Source: a phage. Taken from it: a DNA stretch of 64,000 nt. Below are positions 1 to 9,642 of the stretch, in pieces. The stretch lies in NCBI GenBank assembly GCA_014685065.1, contig GCA_014685065.1_4092.2; one strand, 5' to 3'. The position numbers were made by a program, and so were the translations under genes. A model generated the notes under the pieces. The model saw only the letters and a list, made by a program, of their open reading frames with translations. It searched no databases and was not told where the DNA came from. Numbering within the stretch: position 1 is the stretch's first letter; each line of letters starts with the position of its first letter.

Positions 1-2
1 AA

Positions 3-764
3 CGGAATTCAAAATATTACCAACCATCAGAAATTGTGGATAACATTACTAAATCTGAGTTTGGACCGAACACACGCAAACTCATTCATGTAATGTCACG
101 TGATGGCTTTAAATGTGATTGTTGTGGTGAATCAAATGTAGTATTCACTTTACACAAGCACAGTACTAAAGAACGTTATAAATTCAGACCTTATGTACTT
201 AAAGGGAAACGCCTTGTACGCATGACGTTAGACCATAATGTACTGGACTGTCTTCAGGGCGGTAATGATAAAGAGAACATGACTGCATTGTGTGAAGATT
301 GTAACGCATTACGCCAGCATAAGTTTGCTGAGTACAGTGAGTTTAAACACTGGTATCATAACGCGGATCGTTCAATCGAGCCTGACGTTAACTACTGCTT
401 CATTGAGTACATTAAGAATGCCAAAGATACATACATTCTTAAATCAATGTCACCTATTACCGTGTTTCCTGAGAACCTATTCACTACATTAAAGAATAGT
501 TTTATTGTCGGTGATATTGATGCATTCAAGTATTTTGACAAAGGTGCAAAACATTTTGAAATTCAATGTCTTAGTACTGCACTATGTAAACTCATTAAAA
601 TTTACATAAAAGAGTATTTGGGTATTGACAATGTACGTGTACCAGAGTATACTTTTTCTATTGAATTCGATTGTGAATCAATTAAAGAGTTTGGAATTCT
701 TTTCAATAAACAAATAGAACTTGCAATTCAAAACGAAATCAAGTACTATACTACTAACATTTAA
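3..764 (+). CDS. HNH-family (homing-type) endonuclease; 5' end probably outside window
   Basis: ORF open to window start; motifs CDCCGES, LDHNVLD, GGNDKEN, CEDCNALRQ fit the HNH signature. Confidence 0.6.
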   Translation, partial: RNSKYYQPSEIVDNITKSEFGPNTRKLIHVMSRDGFKCDCCGESNVVFTLHKHSTKERYKFRPYVLKGKRLVRMTLDHNVLDCLQGGNDKENMTALCEDCNALRQHKFAEYSEFKHWYHNADRSIEPDVNYCFIEYIKNAKDTYILKSMSPITVFPENLFTTLKNSFIVGDIDAFKYFDKGAKHFEIQCLSTALCKLIKIYIKEYLGIDNVRVPEYTFSIEFDCESIKEFGILFNKQIELAIQNEIKYYTTNI

Positions 765-779
765 TCAGAGGAAATTATC

Positions 780-962
780 ATGCAAATTATCATTCTTATC
801 GTTGGCATCATGCTGGGTGTTTACGGTCACTCCTGGATGAACGAGAAGTTTCCTAATACGCGTCCTGAGTATTGCAGTACTAATGTATTCCAGAATGGTG
901 AGAAACCAAAGGAAAGTATTGGTAAAAAGCTGGACAAAGTACTTGATGTGATCAATGAATAA
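780..962 (+). CDS. small hypothetical protein, hydrophobic N-terminus
   Basis: RBS GAGG 8 nt upstream of ATG; packed head-to-tail with neighbours. Confidence 0.45.
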   Translation: MQIIILIVGIMLGVYGHSWMNEKFPNTRPEYCSTNVFQNGEKPKESIGKKLDKVLDVINE

Positions 963-1173
963 GGGCCATAAAATGTTTAAACCGAATTCCAATGTTGGAA
1001 AGAAAGTTCAATTACTTGAGGATGTATCCACTCTGAGTGGAATTTTCCCAAGAGGTCACATCATGACTATTATTGCCGAAACATCCCGTGGTTGGGACTT
1101 GGAAGATGCTGATGGTAATCGCATCCTTGAAGCTGGCTTCTATGGTCATCGTGAATATAAAATTATCGATTAA
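955..1173 (+). CDS. hypothetical protein (alternative start at 973)
   Basis: ORF overlapping upstream stop; start uncertain. Confidence 0.4.
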   Translation: MNKGHKMFKPNSNVGKKVQLLEDVSTLSGIFPRGHIMTIIAETSRGWDLEDADGNRILEAGFYGHREYKIID

Positions 1174-1270
1174 GGATATAAAATGATGTTAGAGGCTATC
1201 GTTGGTATTGTTAGTTTTAGTCATCTGTGTTGCTTGCTTTGGGTATATGATGATTTTTGGTGATTAATAC

Positions 1271-1298
1271 TTGACAGAAGATATCAGTACTGTATAAT
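1271..1298 (+). promoter_or_regulatory. sigma70-like promoter, TTGACA - 16 nt - TGTATAAT, with AGTACTG just upstream of -10
   Basis: TTGACA 1271-1276 and TATAAT 1293-1298 read directly. Confidence 0.6.
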
Positions 1299-1343
1299 GT
1301 TTATATCAAACGAAATCCACTTTAACAAATGATAGGAAATATT

Positions 1344-1622
1344 ATGTCTTTTTCTAAAGAAGAACGTGACCTTATTAAAAAAGCAATTTGGTTTTATGCT
1401 AATGAAGGGAAGTGCGATGAAGAAAAAGCACGTGAACTGTGTAATATCCTTGAGAAGAAACAAGAACTGAAAGTGTATCGTATCCGTGATTTGGATGAAG
1501 GGGATCGTATTGTCCTAGCTGAAACAAAAGAAGAAGCAGAACAAATCTTCACTGATAAAAACGAAAATCCACATTGGATGGAAGAAGTCTGTGATGTTAA
1601 AAAAGGTACTTATATCGATTGA
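1344..1622 (+). CDS. hypothetical protein
   Basis: RBS AGGAAA before ATG 1344; downstream of promoter at 1271. Confidence 0.55.
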   Translation: MSFSKEERDLIKKAIWFYANEGKCDEEKARELCNILEKKQELKVYRIRDLDEGDRIVLAETKEEAEQIFTDKNENPHWMEEVCDVKKGTYID

Positions 1623-1647
1623 CAGTACTGAATAATAGCAGTATAAT
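1619..1647 (+). promoter_or_regulatory. sigma70-like promoter, TTGACA - 17 nt - TATAAT
   Basis: TTGACA 1619-1624, TATAAT 1642-1647. Confidence 0.6.
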
Positions 1648-1661
1648 GTTTATATCAAAGG

Positions 1662-1715
1662 GAATGCAGTGAAAGGAAAGACAGCATAATCGTACTCGTC
1701 ACTGCGTTCCCGCCC
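1662..1715 (+). promoter_or_regulatory. 5' leader stem-loop (13-bp stem, one G-U pair, about 26-nt loop)
   Basis: GGGAATGCAGTGA ... TCACTGCGTTCCC inverted repeat between promoter and RBS of gene at 1741. Confidence 0.4.
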
Positions 1716-1740
1716 TTTTAAATTAAATGAGGAATTAACT

Positions 1741-2049
1741 ATGTTTCAAACTAACACTCAAGGTTTTGTAATCATCGATTTGAATCAAAACAGCGGTTAT
1801 TGGATGAAACCTACTGACGCATGTATGCAGTTTGATTTCTTAGGTTACAGAATTAGTGTAAGTACTGGTGCTTCTGTACTGAGAGGTGGTTGTATCGTTG
1901 AACATCTGGTAACTGATCCAGAAGGTCGTGAGTATGAAATCGCAGGTTCAGTACAAGATGCCATTATGTTTGTATGTCAGCGTGAAATGAATGGTTCGAA
2001 CTCAAATGCACTGACTCATGCTCTTTCTCAAGAAGTGGAGGTTCGTTAA
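1741..2049 (+). CDS. hypothetical protein
   Basis: RBS GAGG before ATG; stop overlaps next start. Confidence 0.55.
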   Translation: MFQTNTQGFVIIDLNQNSGYWMKPTDACMQFDFLGYRISVSTGASVLRGGCIVEHLVTDPEGREYEIAGSVQDAIMFVCQREMNGSNSNALTHALSQEVEVR

Positions 2050-2300
2050 TGAAATACATTGTAGCAGTACTCGTCGCATTTTTACTCACTGCATGTGATG
2101 CTTCAACCAAAGAACGCACAAGTGATTTTGAACTCCCTACTGAATTAAAAGAAGCAGGATGTAAGATTTATCGTATGCAACAGGAAGGTGCTGGTGCAAC
2201 GTTGTATACAGTTTATTGTCCTAATGCAAACACCAGTACTGGATACACTAGCGGAAAAACACGAATCAACACTTCAGTGATTAATGGAGTACAACAATGA
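2049..2300 (+). CDS. putative small lipoprotein
   Basis: N-terminal MKYIVAVLVAFLLTAC, signal peptide with lipobox-like LTAC. Confidence 0.55.
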   Translation: MKYIVAVLVAFLLTACDASTKERTSDFELPTELKEAGCKIYRMQQEGAGATLYTVYCPNANTSTGYTSGKTRINTSVINGVQQ

Positions 2301-2665
2301 GCCTTGATACAACCCGTGCAACAGATTTATTCACTCGTCTGAATGATGAAGAATATCTTGCTGAAATAAAGTACAAGCTTGAAAAACTGGCTCGAAGTGC
2401 TGAAGTAATTGAAGTTAAAGGTCATTTACCAATGGATCAATTCCATACGTTCAAAGAAGATATGGTTTATTATCCAAATGAAATTTGGATTGAGTGGGAA
2501 CATTGGACTAACAAAACTCTACGCATTGAAGGTTATTGTGTGAATTATGAATCTGAACCTGGTGATGTTACAAAAACTCTCTCCATTTGGTGTACAAAAA
2601 CACATGAACTAGTTGAGGTGAATTTGAATTATATGAAAGGTTTCCGTTGGGGTGATATTCAATGA
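2297..2665 (+). CDS. hypothetical protein
   Basis: ATGA start/stop overlap with neighbours. Confidence 0.55.
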   Translation: MSLDTTRATDLFTRLNDEEYLAEIKYKLEKLARSAEVIEVKGHLPMDQFHTFKEDMVYYPNEIWIEWEHWTNKTLRIEGYCVNYESEPGDVTKTLSIWCTKTHELVEVNLNYMKGFRWGDIQ

Positions 2666-2937
2666 TTAAAAAACTATTGACAGTTGTCTTTGTATTCTGT
2701 ACAATGTTTCTTACAGCATGTAATGATGACGGCAGGTTTAGTGCAAAAGACTTAGTTCGTCAGGATTGTACATTCACAGGCAAGTCTTTTATTAACGAGT
2801 ATGAAATATGTACACAATCAGGTCGTATCTGTGGTGGTTGGGAAAAACGTCAGGAGCGATTGTATGTATATGAATGCCCTGGACATCACAACAAAGTACT
2901 AAGCACACACAAACTTGTTTATGATAAGGTTGAATAA
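2662..2937 (+). CDS. putative small lipoprotein, Cys-rich
   Basis: N-terminal MIKKLLTVVFVFCTMFLTAC; translationally coupled. Confidence 0.55.
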   Translation: MIKKLLTVVFVFCTMFLTACNDDGRFSAKDLVRQDCTFTGKSFINEYEICTQSGRICGGWEKRQERLYVYECPGHHNKVLSTHKLVYDKVE

Positions 2938-3152
2938 TGACTACCAATGAAATGATGCAGGTTATTTGGGATAAAGGTTGTGATATTAAAATCACCAGTA
3001 CTGAAGTTCGTGTATTCAAAACAGAATATATGGAGTACTTGGACCTTGATACTTATAATAATATTGTATCAATTGAACACAAAGGTGCAGTACTGGAAAC
3101 GATTGATGTAGTTCTCAAGAAAGCTACCGACCTATTAGGAGTGGTAGTGTGA
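2937..3152 (+). CDS. hypothetical protein
   Basis: coupled ORF in operon-like run. Confidence 0.5.
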   Translation: MTTNEMMQVIWDKGCDIKITSTEVRVFKTEYMEYLDLDTYNNIVSIEHKGAVLETIDVVLKKATDLLGVVV

Positions 3153-3303
3153 ATAACAAAGAGTGGGAAGATTACCGCAAGAAGTGCCGAGAGTTTGATA
3201 AAGAACTCACAGGTGCAGTGAACGCGGTAATGTGGGTATCTGCAATTATTGCAGTACTTGGTTTGGGTGCTATTATTATTAATAAATTATTCTAAGGACT
3301 AAT

Positions 3304-3504
3304 ATGTTTACTTTATATCTTGCAGTAGTACTAACTAATGGTGAAATCACTCGCACCGTTGGTGAAGGTGTATATAAAACACCTGATCAGTGTTACTCTG
3401 CAACTCATTGGCCTCGTGATGCTGGTGATGAAACTCGCACTGAATACAAATGTATGAAGGTTAAAGGTGACTTTGTAAATCTAAAGGTTATTGAGACTAA
3501 GTAA
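3304..3504 (+). CDS. hypothetical protein
   Basis: RBS AGGA before ATG. Confidence 0.5.
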   Translation: MFTLYLAVVLTNGEITRTVGEGVYKTPDQCYSATHWPRDAGDETRTEYKCMKVKGDFVNLKVIETK

Positions 3505-4022
3505 TGGATATTAATGAGTTGTTGAAATTAGTGTTTAATCGTGAACGCCGCGATACAAGACCAATTGAATATCAAGATGTGATACGCATTGAAACTGATT
3601 TCTGTTATGGTAAAACAACTCATGATCTTTTGAATCTCTCTGGAAAACGCTATGCTGATGTTTGTTTTTCAGAGAGAAGTGATGGTTCAGAAATAACAAG
3701 TACTGATATTGTTTGTTACGCACGCAGTGCTGATAAATCTTATGAAATAGAACTTATATATTCCCCTAGTTCTAAAACAAATCATCACCGCCATATTTTA
3801 TATGATGTTTACACACCACCTGGTATTGCTGAATATTTTGTTATTGATTATAGTACTGAAGAAAATGTGTTTCAACAAAGTTTGATTCATAACTTTGAGG
3901 TGAATGATCCATTAGTACCAAAGTTGTTCAAACTACTTGACACCATCGATGTTGACTTTGAATTTGTTATGTGCATTAGAACTTCTTTATTCAATGAATT
4001 CATGGAACTTTTTAATATATGA
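3504..4022 (+). CDS. hypothetical protein
   Basis: 172-aa ORF, ATGA-type coupling to neighbours. Confidence 0.55.
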   Translation: MDINELLKLVFNRERRDTRPIEYQDVIRIETDFCYGKTTHDLLNLSGKRYADVCFSERSDGSEITSTDIVCYARSADKSYEIELIYSPSSKTNHHRHILYDVYTPPGIAEYFVIDYSTEENVFQQSLIHNFEVNDPLVPKLFKLLDTIDVDFEFVMCIRTSLFNEFMELFNI

Positions 4023-4240
4023 ATAGATACTATGTTGTGTATGAACACGTCTCTGAATTTAATAACATACGCGGGTTTTCCAGAGTAGTCACCAAGATGG
4101 ATGTATTCATTCGTGCTCTTAGTGAAGTAGATGCACTGTTTGAATTGTTTGATGAAATTACAAAGTATAACACACCCAAAACACACCGCTATGTGGAAAC
4201 TGTACATAGCATTATGCTAACTGAAAGTGATGAGGAATGA
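4019..4240 (+). CDS. hypothetical protein
   Basis: coupled ORF. Confidence 0.5.
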   Translation: MNRYYVVYEHVSEFNNIRGFSRVVTKMDVFIRALSEVDALFELFDEITKYNTPKTHRYVETVHSIMLTESDEE

Positions 4241-4243
4241 TAA

Positions 4244-4462
4244 ATGAATTTATATCTAGTTGAAGGTTTAGTACAAGTCTATAAACCAGAAGGTGAAGGT
4301 CAACGTTTTTCACACGTAGAAGAATTTAAGTACGTTGTACAGGCTGATGGTCAGTACGATGCGGAAATTCAAGTAGATGAATCATTCCGTAAGAAAAATG
4401 AAATTGGTAAATTTCAATACCAGAACTTACAATACAAAGTATGGCCTAGCATAAATGACTAA
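4244..4462 (+). CDS. hypothetical protein
   Basis: ORF with upstream GAGG-like RBS. Confidence 0.5.
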   Translation: MNLYLVEGLVQVYKPEGEGQRFSHVEEFKYVVQADGQYDAEIQVDESFRKKNEIGKFQYQNLQYKVWPSIND

Positions 4463-4670
4463 GATGTGGTGGTGTCATGGTGTATATAACGTGTATGTAA
4501 ATGGTAGATATAAAATGTCTAGTACCTATGCAAGACGTGTTAATGCGAACAACCAAGTTGATGCTGCCTGTGAGATCATTGAGTGGTATGCTGAGTTCAA
4601 TGCACCTGACTATATGTACGAAATAGTTACAATAAATGTTGTACAAATAGATACATCTTTGATACAATAA
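4455..4670 (+). CDS. hypothetical protein
   Basis: ORF overlapping previous stop. Confidence 0.45.
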   Translation: MTKMWWCHGVYNVYVNGRYKMSSTYARRVNANNQVDAACEIIEWYAEFNAPDYMYEIVTINVVQIDTSLIQ

Positions 4671-4701
4671 CCACATCAAAAAATTGCATCTGAGGATACT
4701 T

Positions 4702-5364
4702 ATGTTAGTTAATCTTAATTTCATCACTTCACCTGACTGGGCATTACGTGGGGTTTCTTTAAACTTCAAGGAAACTATGTTTGATTACATTGGTGAGTGT
4801 ACATTGGTAAATGCAACTTTTGACCCAAATCATCCGTTCTGGGCTGAAATTCATGATCCAACTGTAAACAACAATACATCTGTTATGACTATTGTCCAGA
4901 CTAAACATGCAGGTATCCTTGCAGGTTATCGACCTGGACATGCAATTGAACACTTCACTGATTACGATGTAGTGGATGAATACCCAATGATCCATGAAGA
5001 TGGAAGTCTATACACATCTGAAGACTTCCGTGCTATCTTTAATAGTACTGATGATATTCTACCAAGTGGACGTCCACGTCCTGAGTCTTATCTTATGCAT
5101 CCATCTTATGGTGTAGCAGATACGCTTGAACAGATTATGAATAAGTACAAGAACCTAATTGAAGGTCCAGAAGAAATTGTCCTGTGCTATCACCCAGTAC
5201 TTAAGTCTGAACAACCAAAGGATGGTGGATGGCGTTGGCATAAGAATGGTGAGTATATCGGTACTAAACGAAGTAAAGAACGTTTTGAGTACTTGTATGA
5301 TGAACCAGATGTTGATGTGGTTTTGTGTTATAATTTTATTAAGGTGAAAAAGAAATGTATCTAG
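4702..5364 (+). CDS. hypothetical protein
   Basis: start moved to ATG 4702, which follows RBS GAGG; track start 4684 is TTG. Confidence 0.55.
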   Translation: MLVNLNFITSPDWALRGVSLNFKETMFDYIGECTLVNATFDPNHPFWAEIHDPTVNNNTSVMTIVQTKHAGILAGYRPGHAIEHFTDYDVVDEYPMIHEDGSLYTSEDFRAIFNSTDDILPSGRPRPESYLMHPSYGVADTLEQIMNKYKNLIEGPEEIVLCYHPVLKSEQPKDGGWRWHKNGEYIGTKRSKERFEYLYDEPDVDVVLCYNFIKVKKKCI

Positions 5365-5597
5365 TACTAAGTTTTGTTGTTGCACTATTGTTTATGTTCT
5401 ATCCTACACTAGTGGCATTAGCCACTAGACGAACGATGGTAGATCTCACTACTGTATTCTTGCTAAACGTGGCATTAGTACTGGTGTCTATTATCATTCC
5501 AGTGAGCTTTACAGTTATTGATATTATTTCGGTATTACTCTTCGTGTTAAGTTATCTTATGCTTATTGAAGAAACAAATGTTGACAAACGTTCGTAG
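5355..5597 (+). CDS. small membrane protein
   Basis: mostly hydrophobic 80-aa ORF. Confidence 0.5.
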   Translation: MYLVLSFVVALLFMFYPTLVALATRRTMVDLTTVFLLNVALVLVSIIIPVSFTVIDIISVLLFVLSYLMLIEETNVDKRS

Positions 5598-5608
5598 TAC
5601 TGTATAAT
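5581..5608 (+). promoter_or_regulatory. sigma70-like promoter, TTGACA ... AGTACTGTATAAT, overlapping 3' end of previous gene
   Basis: TTGACA 5581-5586, TATAAT 5603-5608. Confidence 0.55.
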
Positions 5609-5654
5609 GGTTCCTGTAGTCTGAAACTTAACACTTAAACTTGAGGTAAAAAAT

Positions 5655-5981
5655 ATGCTATCAGTACTAATTTCAATTCCGTCTTTAATTCTGATTTGGC
5701 TTCTGGTTTACGAATGCTTTATTACTGATGATAATGATAAAAAAGAGTTCTCTGAGTTGTTTATGCTTGATTCACCGATTGTGCGTATTTTCTATACAGT
5801 CGTTGTGGTTTCAGTAATTGTATGGGTTTTGAGTTTTATCTTCCCACTCGGTGCAGTAGTTAAAACTTTGGATTTAGTTGAGAACTTTGTTGCAATTATG
5901 TGGCTAATCAAAGCACTATTTGCAGGAAATGTTAAAATTTGGATTGATATTATCAAATTCAAGTTCACGAATAAGATGTAA
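5655..5981 (+). CDS. small membrane protein
   Basis: RBS GAGG; several hydrophobic segments. Confidence 0.5.
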   Translation: MLSVLISIPSLILIWLLVYECFITDDNDKKEFSELFMLDSPIVRIFYTVVVVSVIVWVLSFIFPLGAVVKTLDLVENFVAIMWLIKALFAGNVKIWIDIIKFKFTNKM

Positions 5982-6006
5982 CAGTGAAAATATCTCTATA
6001 GTATTA

Positions 6007-6040
6007 AATACTTCTGTACATATATATAGTACAGAAGTAT
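6007..6040 (+). terminator. perfect 13-bp inverted repeat around an AT loop, followed by T-rich tract
   Basis: AATACTTCTGTAC-atatatat-GTACAGAAGTATT then TTCTCGTT. Confidence 0.45.
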
Positions 6041-6059
6041 TTCTCGTTAGAGGTTTGTT

Positions 6060-6419
6060 ATGAAGAGTTATATAAAATTAATAGCACTTGTGTGTGCATT
6101 ATTTTCATGTTTTAGTTATGGTGCAGCAGCAGAAACATATTGTCGTAGTACTAAGGGAACGTGGCATGTATTGACTAACGACCCTAGAAATGGTAAAAAT
6201 ATAGTTGTTGATGGTGTGATTTATCGTTTTAAAGTAGAAAGTATTATCGGTAATAAAAAAATCTCGACTTATAGAGATGATTCTGGTACATTAGCAAACG
6301 TAATATTAATTGTAGACCCAAGAACTGGTAATGGTGATATCTATATAGTAATTTACTTGGACTCATCGGTACGCCGTGACCTAGATATAGATAAATTGAA
6401 CTTACACTGTGAAATATAG
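6060..6419 (+). CDS. secreted/periplasmic hypothetical protein
   Basis: signal-peptide-like N-terminus ending YGAAAE. Confidence 0.55.
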   Translation: MKSYIKLIALVCALFSCFSYGAAAETYCRSTKGTWHVLTNDPRNGKNIVVDGVIYRFKVESIIGNKKISTYRDDSGTLANVILIVDPRTGNGDIYIVIYLDSSVRRDLDIDKLNLHCEI

Positions 6420-6430
6420 GACTTAAAAAA

Positions 6431-6808
6431 ATGGTAAACACTATTTTACTTTTGTTGTTGAATATTCCAATTATTCTGTCTTTTTTAATTTCTATTTTTA
6501 TGGCAGGATATTGTTTAGTTGCAGTAATTCATTTCATTTTAACAAACAAATATGTCCTAATTTCTAAGCTTGATTCTATTTTTGCTTGCGATTCGATTGC
6601 TTATAACTTGTGGTTAATTTGTTCTTGCATTATGGGAGTAACTTTCCTTCTGTATGTATTTGATGTCCTTGACCAAAAGTTCGTATATATCAGTACTGGA
6701 TTGGCTCTTTATCCTGCTACGTGGTACTTGATTTACGTTGGTGATATATGGTATAGTACTTATAAAGAATATCAGTACAAGAAATCACTTAACGTTGGAG
6801 GAAAATAA
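6431..6808 (+). CDS. membrane protein
   Basis: multiple hydrophobic helices. Confidence 0.5.
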   Translation: MVNTILLLLLNIPIILSFLISIFMAGYCLVAVIHFILTNKYVLISKLDSIFACDSIAYNLWLICSCIMGVTFLLYVFDVLDQKFVYISTGLALYPATWYLIYVGDIWYSTYKEYQYKKSLNVGGK

Positions 6809-6810
6809 TC

Positions 6811-7161
6811 ATGAAAATTATTTTATTTTTTGTATGTATGTTAATGTGTGGATTGTCATATGCTGAACCATTGGAAGGTTTAGTTTGTACAGATGGTAAT
6901 ATTAAACATATCTATCAAGGTGATAGTGACGATCGAGATATTGTATATATTGATGGACAATCATATACGTTTGTTAAAGAGCATACAGTAGGCGACATTA
7001 GCTTCACTGAGTTTTCTAACGACACAGACCCTAACTTCTTAGCGTTTATTGAAGTAGATGTATATGAAGATAGTAATGGTACACAATATGCTAAATTAGT
7101 TATGATGCGTCGTGGTGCTAAAGAAACTAGTTTTGGTGGCTTGTGTAAATATAAGGATTGA
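6811..7161 (+). CDS. secreted hypothetical protein
   Basis: signal peptide MKIILFFVCMLMCGLSYA; RBS GGAGG. Confidence 0.55.
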   Translation: MKIILFFVCMLMCGLSYAEPLEGLVCTDGNIKHIYQGDSDDRDIVYIDGQSYTFVKEHTVGDISFTEFSNDTDPNFLAFIEVDVYEDSNGTQYAKLVMMRRGAKETSFGGLCKYKD

Positions 7162-7165
7162 TATT

Positions 7166-7357
7166 ATGTTGATTTATCAAGGTGATAATATTCGTGTTAT
7201 GCAGCATCCCTACTTACAAATCTTTGATGTGCAGCAGTATATGGAAGGTGATGACCCAAGAACCTATGGTCGTAAGTATGATTACTTCACTGTAAAGCAG
7301 TGTAACAATATTAACGAAGTACGACAATTAGTTAAAGAACTTCAAAACAAAGGTTGA
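7166..7357 (+). CDS. hypothetical protein
   Basis: ATG 7166 just after previous stop; track ORF 7112 overlaps in another frame. Confidence 0.45.
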   Translation: MLIYQGDNIRVMQHPYLQIFDVQQYMEGDDPRTYGRKYDYFTVKQCNNINEVRQLVKELQNKG

Positions 7358-7383
7358 CTTCGGTCAGCCTTTTTTGTTATAAT
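7351..7383 (+). terminator. bifunctional module: terminator hairpin AGGTTGAC-TTCG-GTCAGCCT + T-run, with -35 TTGACT in the stem and -10 TATAAT downstream
   Basis: hairpin 7351-7370, T-run 7371-7375, TATAAT 7378-7383. Confidence 0.65.
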
Positions 7384-7411
7384 TCTCTTAATAAATTAGA
7401 GGATTTTAATT

Positions 7412-7852
7412 ATGTATGTATATCGTTTTGAACTTAAATTTAGTTACATTGAACCTAACTTAGATCCTGCACGAACTGTAGGTCCGTTTGCACGGTATTC
7501 AACCAGATACAGTACTAAAAATGGATTTGACCGTTTGCTCATGACTACACCTTCTCAATTCCAACCTGAACCAACTGAGGATGGGATCTATTCAATCAAA
7601 AGTGGATGGGTATTTGGCTGTCAAAGTTTGAAAGATTTGTTCAGATTCTTCACTATGGACTTAGGTAAATTGCATCGTGCTGGGTTTGCTATATCTGTAT
7701 ATGAAGTTCCAGACCACCATGTAGACATTGGTCGTAATCAGGTTCAGTACTATTGCGGTAGTGCTAAATTAGTTCGTATCATGTCAGTTAAGGAAGCAAA
7801 GGATGAGTTCCGACAAAGTAAAAGAGAAACACATGAGGTAATATATGGATAA
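7412..7852 (+). CDS. hypothetical protein
   Basis: RBS GAGG; downstream of module. Confidence 0.55.
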   Translation: MYVYRFELKFSYIEPNLDPARTVGPFARYSTRYSTKNGFDRLLMTTPSQFQPEPTEDGIYSIKSGWVFGCQSLKDLFRFFTMDLGKLHRAGFAISVYEVPDHHVDIGRNQVQYYCGSAKLVRIMSVKEAKDEFRQSKRETHEVIYG

Positions 7853-8189
7853 AACTCAAATAGAATTAAAGAAATTTGTTTCATTCTATCTTCCTGATGA
7901 CCCACGTAATTCACAAAAAGATATTGAATATTATAATATCCTATCTAAACAGTTAATGAGAAAGTTTCAACAGTGTTTAACTATATTCAATACAGATGGA
8001 AGACGTAGATACCGAATCGTTTCAATGAATGATGAAAACGCAAATTTCTTTGATTACGATGTGGTTTTTAGAGCATATAATGATGATCGTATAAAATTAA
8101 ATTATGATCAAATTATACTTGACCTGAATGTTATATGTGTTATAATCACTCACGTAGCCGAACTTAATGGTTTTAAAGAATGGTATTGA
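7845..8189 (+). CDS. hypothetical protein
   Basis: overlapping coupled ORF. Confidence 0.5.
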   Translation: MDKTQIELKKFVSFYLPDDPRNSQKDIEYYNILSKQLMRKFQQCLTIFNTDGRRRYRIVSMNDENANFFDYDVVFRAYNDDRIKLNYDQIILDLNVICVIITHVAELNGFKEWY

Positions 8190-8203
8190 ATAAAGGATAA
8201 CAT

Positions 8204-8470
8204 ATGAAGCTTAAATTACAATATAATGGATTTACTTTACGTAATGATACTGAATTTATTAATCGTTCTCCTGGTGCTGAACTGTTTTTACGAGAGATGA
8301 ACATTCCTTTCATCATTACTACAGTGGGCGACCGTGAAGTTCTACAATACGCAGAGCATCCGATCATTGATGTTCCTTGGTACTCTGAGCATATGTACAT
8401 GGATATGGCACGTCGCTACAACTGTAAGTTCGTAGTTGAAGGTGATAAAATTACAGTCGAATTTAAATAA
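8204..8470 (+). CDS. hypothetical protein
   Basis: RBS AGGA before ATG. Confidence 0.5.
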   Translation: MKLKLQYNGFTLRNDTEFINRSPGAELFLREMNIPFIITTVGDREVLQYAEHPIIDVPWYSEHMYMDMARRYNCKFVVEGDKITVEFK

Positions 8471-8481
8471 GGTAAATTAAA

Positions 8482-8775
8482 ATGATCAGTACTTCAGTTA
8501 ATGAAAGCATCGTCGCTGACGTAGAAATGGTTAAAGAATGTGCAGATGAAACTCTTCGTGATATGTACATTAATGATTTAATTACTGAATACGGTAGTCG
8601 TGGTGTACACGAATTTATTCGTTTAAGTGGAGAGTTGATGAAAAATCGAATTCGTATGAAGCTTAACGTACATCCAAAAGCATGGGCATTTACATTAAAA
8701 TACGCAGAAGATATTGTGAATTTGCGTCGAACTGAAGTATATGAACGTTTACACAATGGTATGTTAGATAAATGA
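8482..8775 (+). CDS. hypothetical protein
   Basis: ORF with upstream AAGG RBS. Confidence 0.5.
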   Translation: MISTSVNESIVADVEMVKECADETLRDMYINDLITEYGSRGVHEFIRLSGELMKNRIRMKLNVHPKAWAFTLKYAEDIVNLRRTEVYERLHNGMLDK

Positions 8776-8827
8776 TTGTAAAATAGGAATTCTTAAATGA
8801 ATTCCTTTTTGTTTATAAGGTATAGTA

Positions 8828-9049
8828 ATGAAATATATAGTACTTGTACTGATATTATTCAGTACTGTTGTAAGTGCTAAACAAAAAGAATATGTTAAAT
8901 GTATAAATTACGAAGAGAAATATGTTGAAACATATAAAAAAAGTATAATTAAAAACGTTTCTATTACTGACCGAGGAACAATCATTGTACTTAAAAATGG
9001 GTTAATTATGTTATATAAACCACACGTTAAATGTGAAATTATTAATTGA
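8828..9049 (+). CDS. secreted hypothetical protein
   Basis: signal peptide MKYIVLVLILFSTVVSA. Confidence 0.5.
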   Translation: MKYIVLVLILFSTVVSAKQKEYVKCINYEEKYVETYKKSIIKNVSITDRGTIIVLKNGLIMLYKPHVKCEIIN

Positions 9050-9056
9050 GGAAAAT

Positions 9057-9629
9057 ATGAATCGTAAAGGTCGTTTTAAAGTATCAAAGAAAAATAAGAG
9101 TTCTAGGTTTAAACCTATAGTATTAACAGGTAAATCTAATAAAGAATTGACTGCACTTAGTAAAAAAATAATTTCATCTAAGATTGAAGTATCATACGTA
9201 AATTCATTAAAATATATGAATGTAAAACCACTAGACAAACTCATTTCACTTATATTTCAGCGTAATGATTTTGAGATATCAGTAGATGATTATAGAGCCT
9301 ATAATACTGGTTTCATTAATGTTACTTGTAGTAAAGAACTAACTGAGTTGGAAAACTTGTCATGTATAGTAAATCTAGATAAAGGTGTAGTGAAATACAA
9401 TTTTGTACATTTTACTAATATTAATAATGGCATGGGTGTACAATCCAGACCTATAGTACCTACATGTGATGTTACTAAATTAGCAAAGCTCAATGATGAA
9501 GAATATTTTCAAGAAAGTATTGTGACTGAGCATTTAGATGATATAATAGCTACTTACAAAGAGTGCATATGGGTGTTGAATGCTATAAAGCCTAAATTGT
9601 GTTTAATGAATATTGTTCGTGATTTATGA
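9057..9629 (+). CDS. hypothetical protein
   Basis: ATG 9057 after RBS GAGGAAAAT; track GTG start 9033 overlaps previous gene. Confidence 0.55.
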   Translation: MNRKGRFKVSKKNKSSRFKPIVLTGKSNKELTALSKKIISSKIEVSYVNSLKYMNVKPLDKLISLIFQRNDFEISVDDYRAYNTGFINVTCSKELTELENLSCIVNLDKGVVKYNFVHFTNINNGMGVQSRPIVPTCDVTKLAKLNDEEYFQESIVTEHLDDIIATYKECIWVLNAIKPKLCLMNIVRDL

Positions 9630-9642
9630 ATGGGGAATCGTA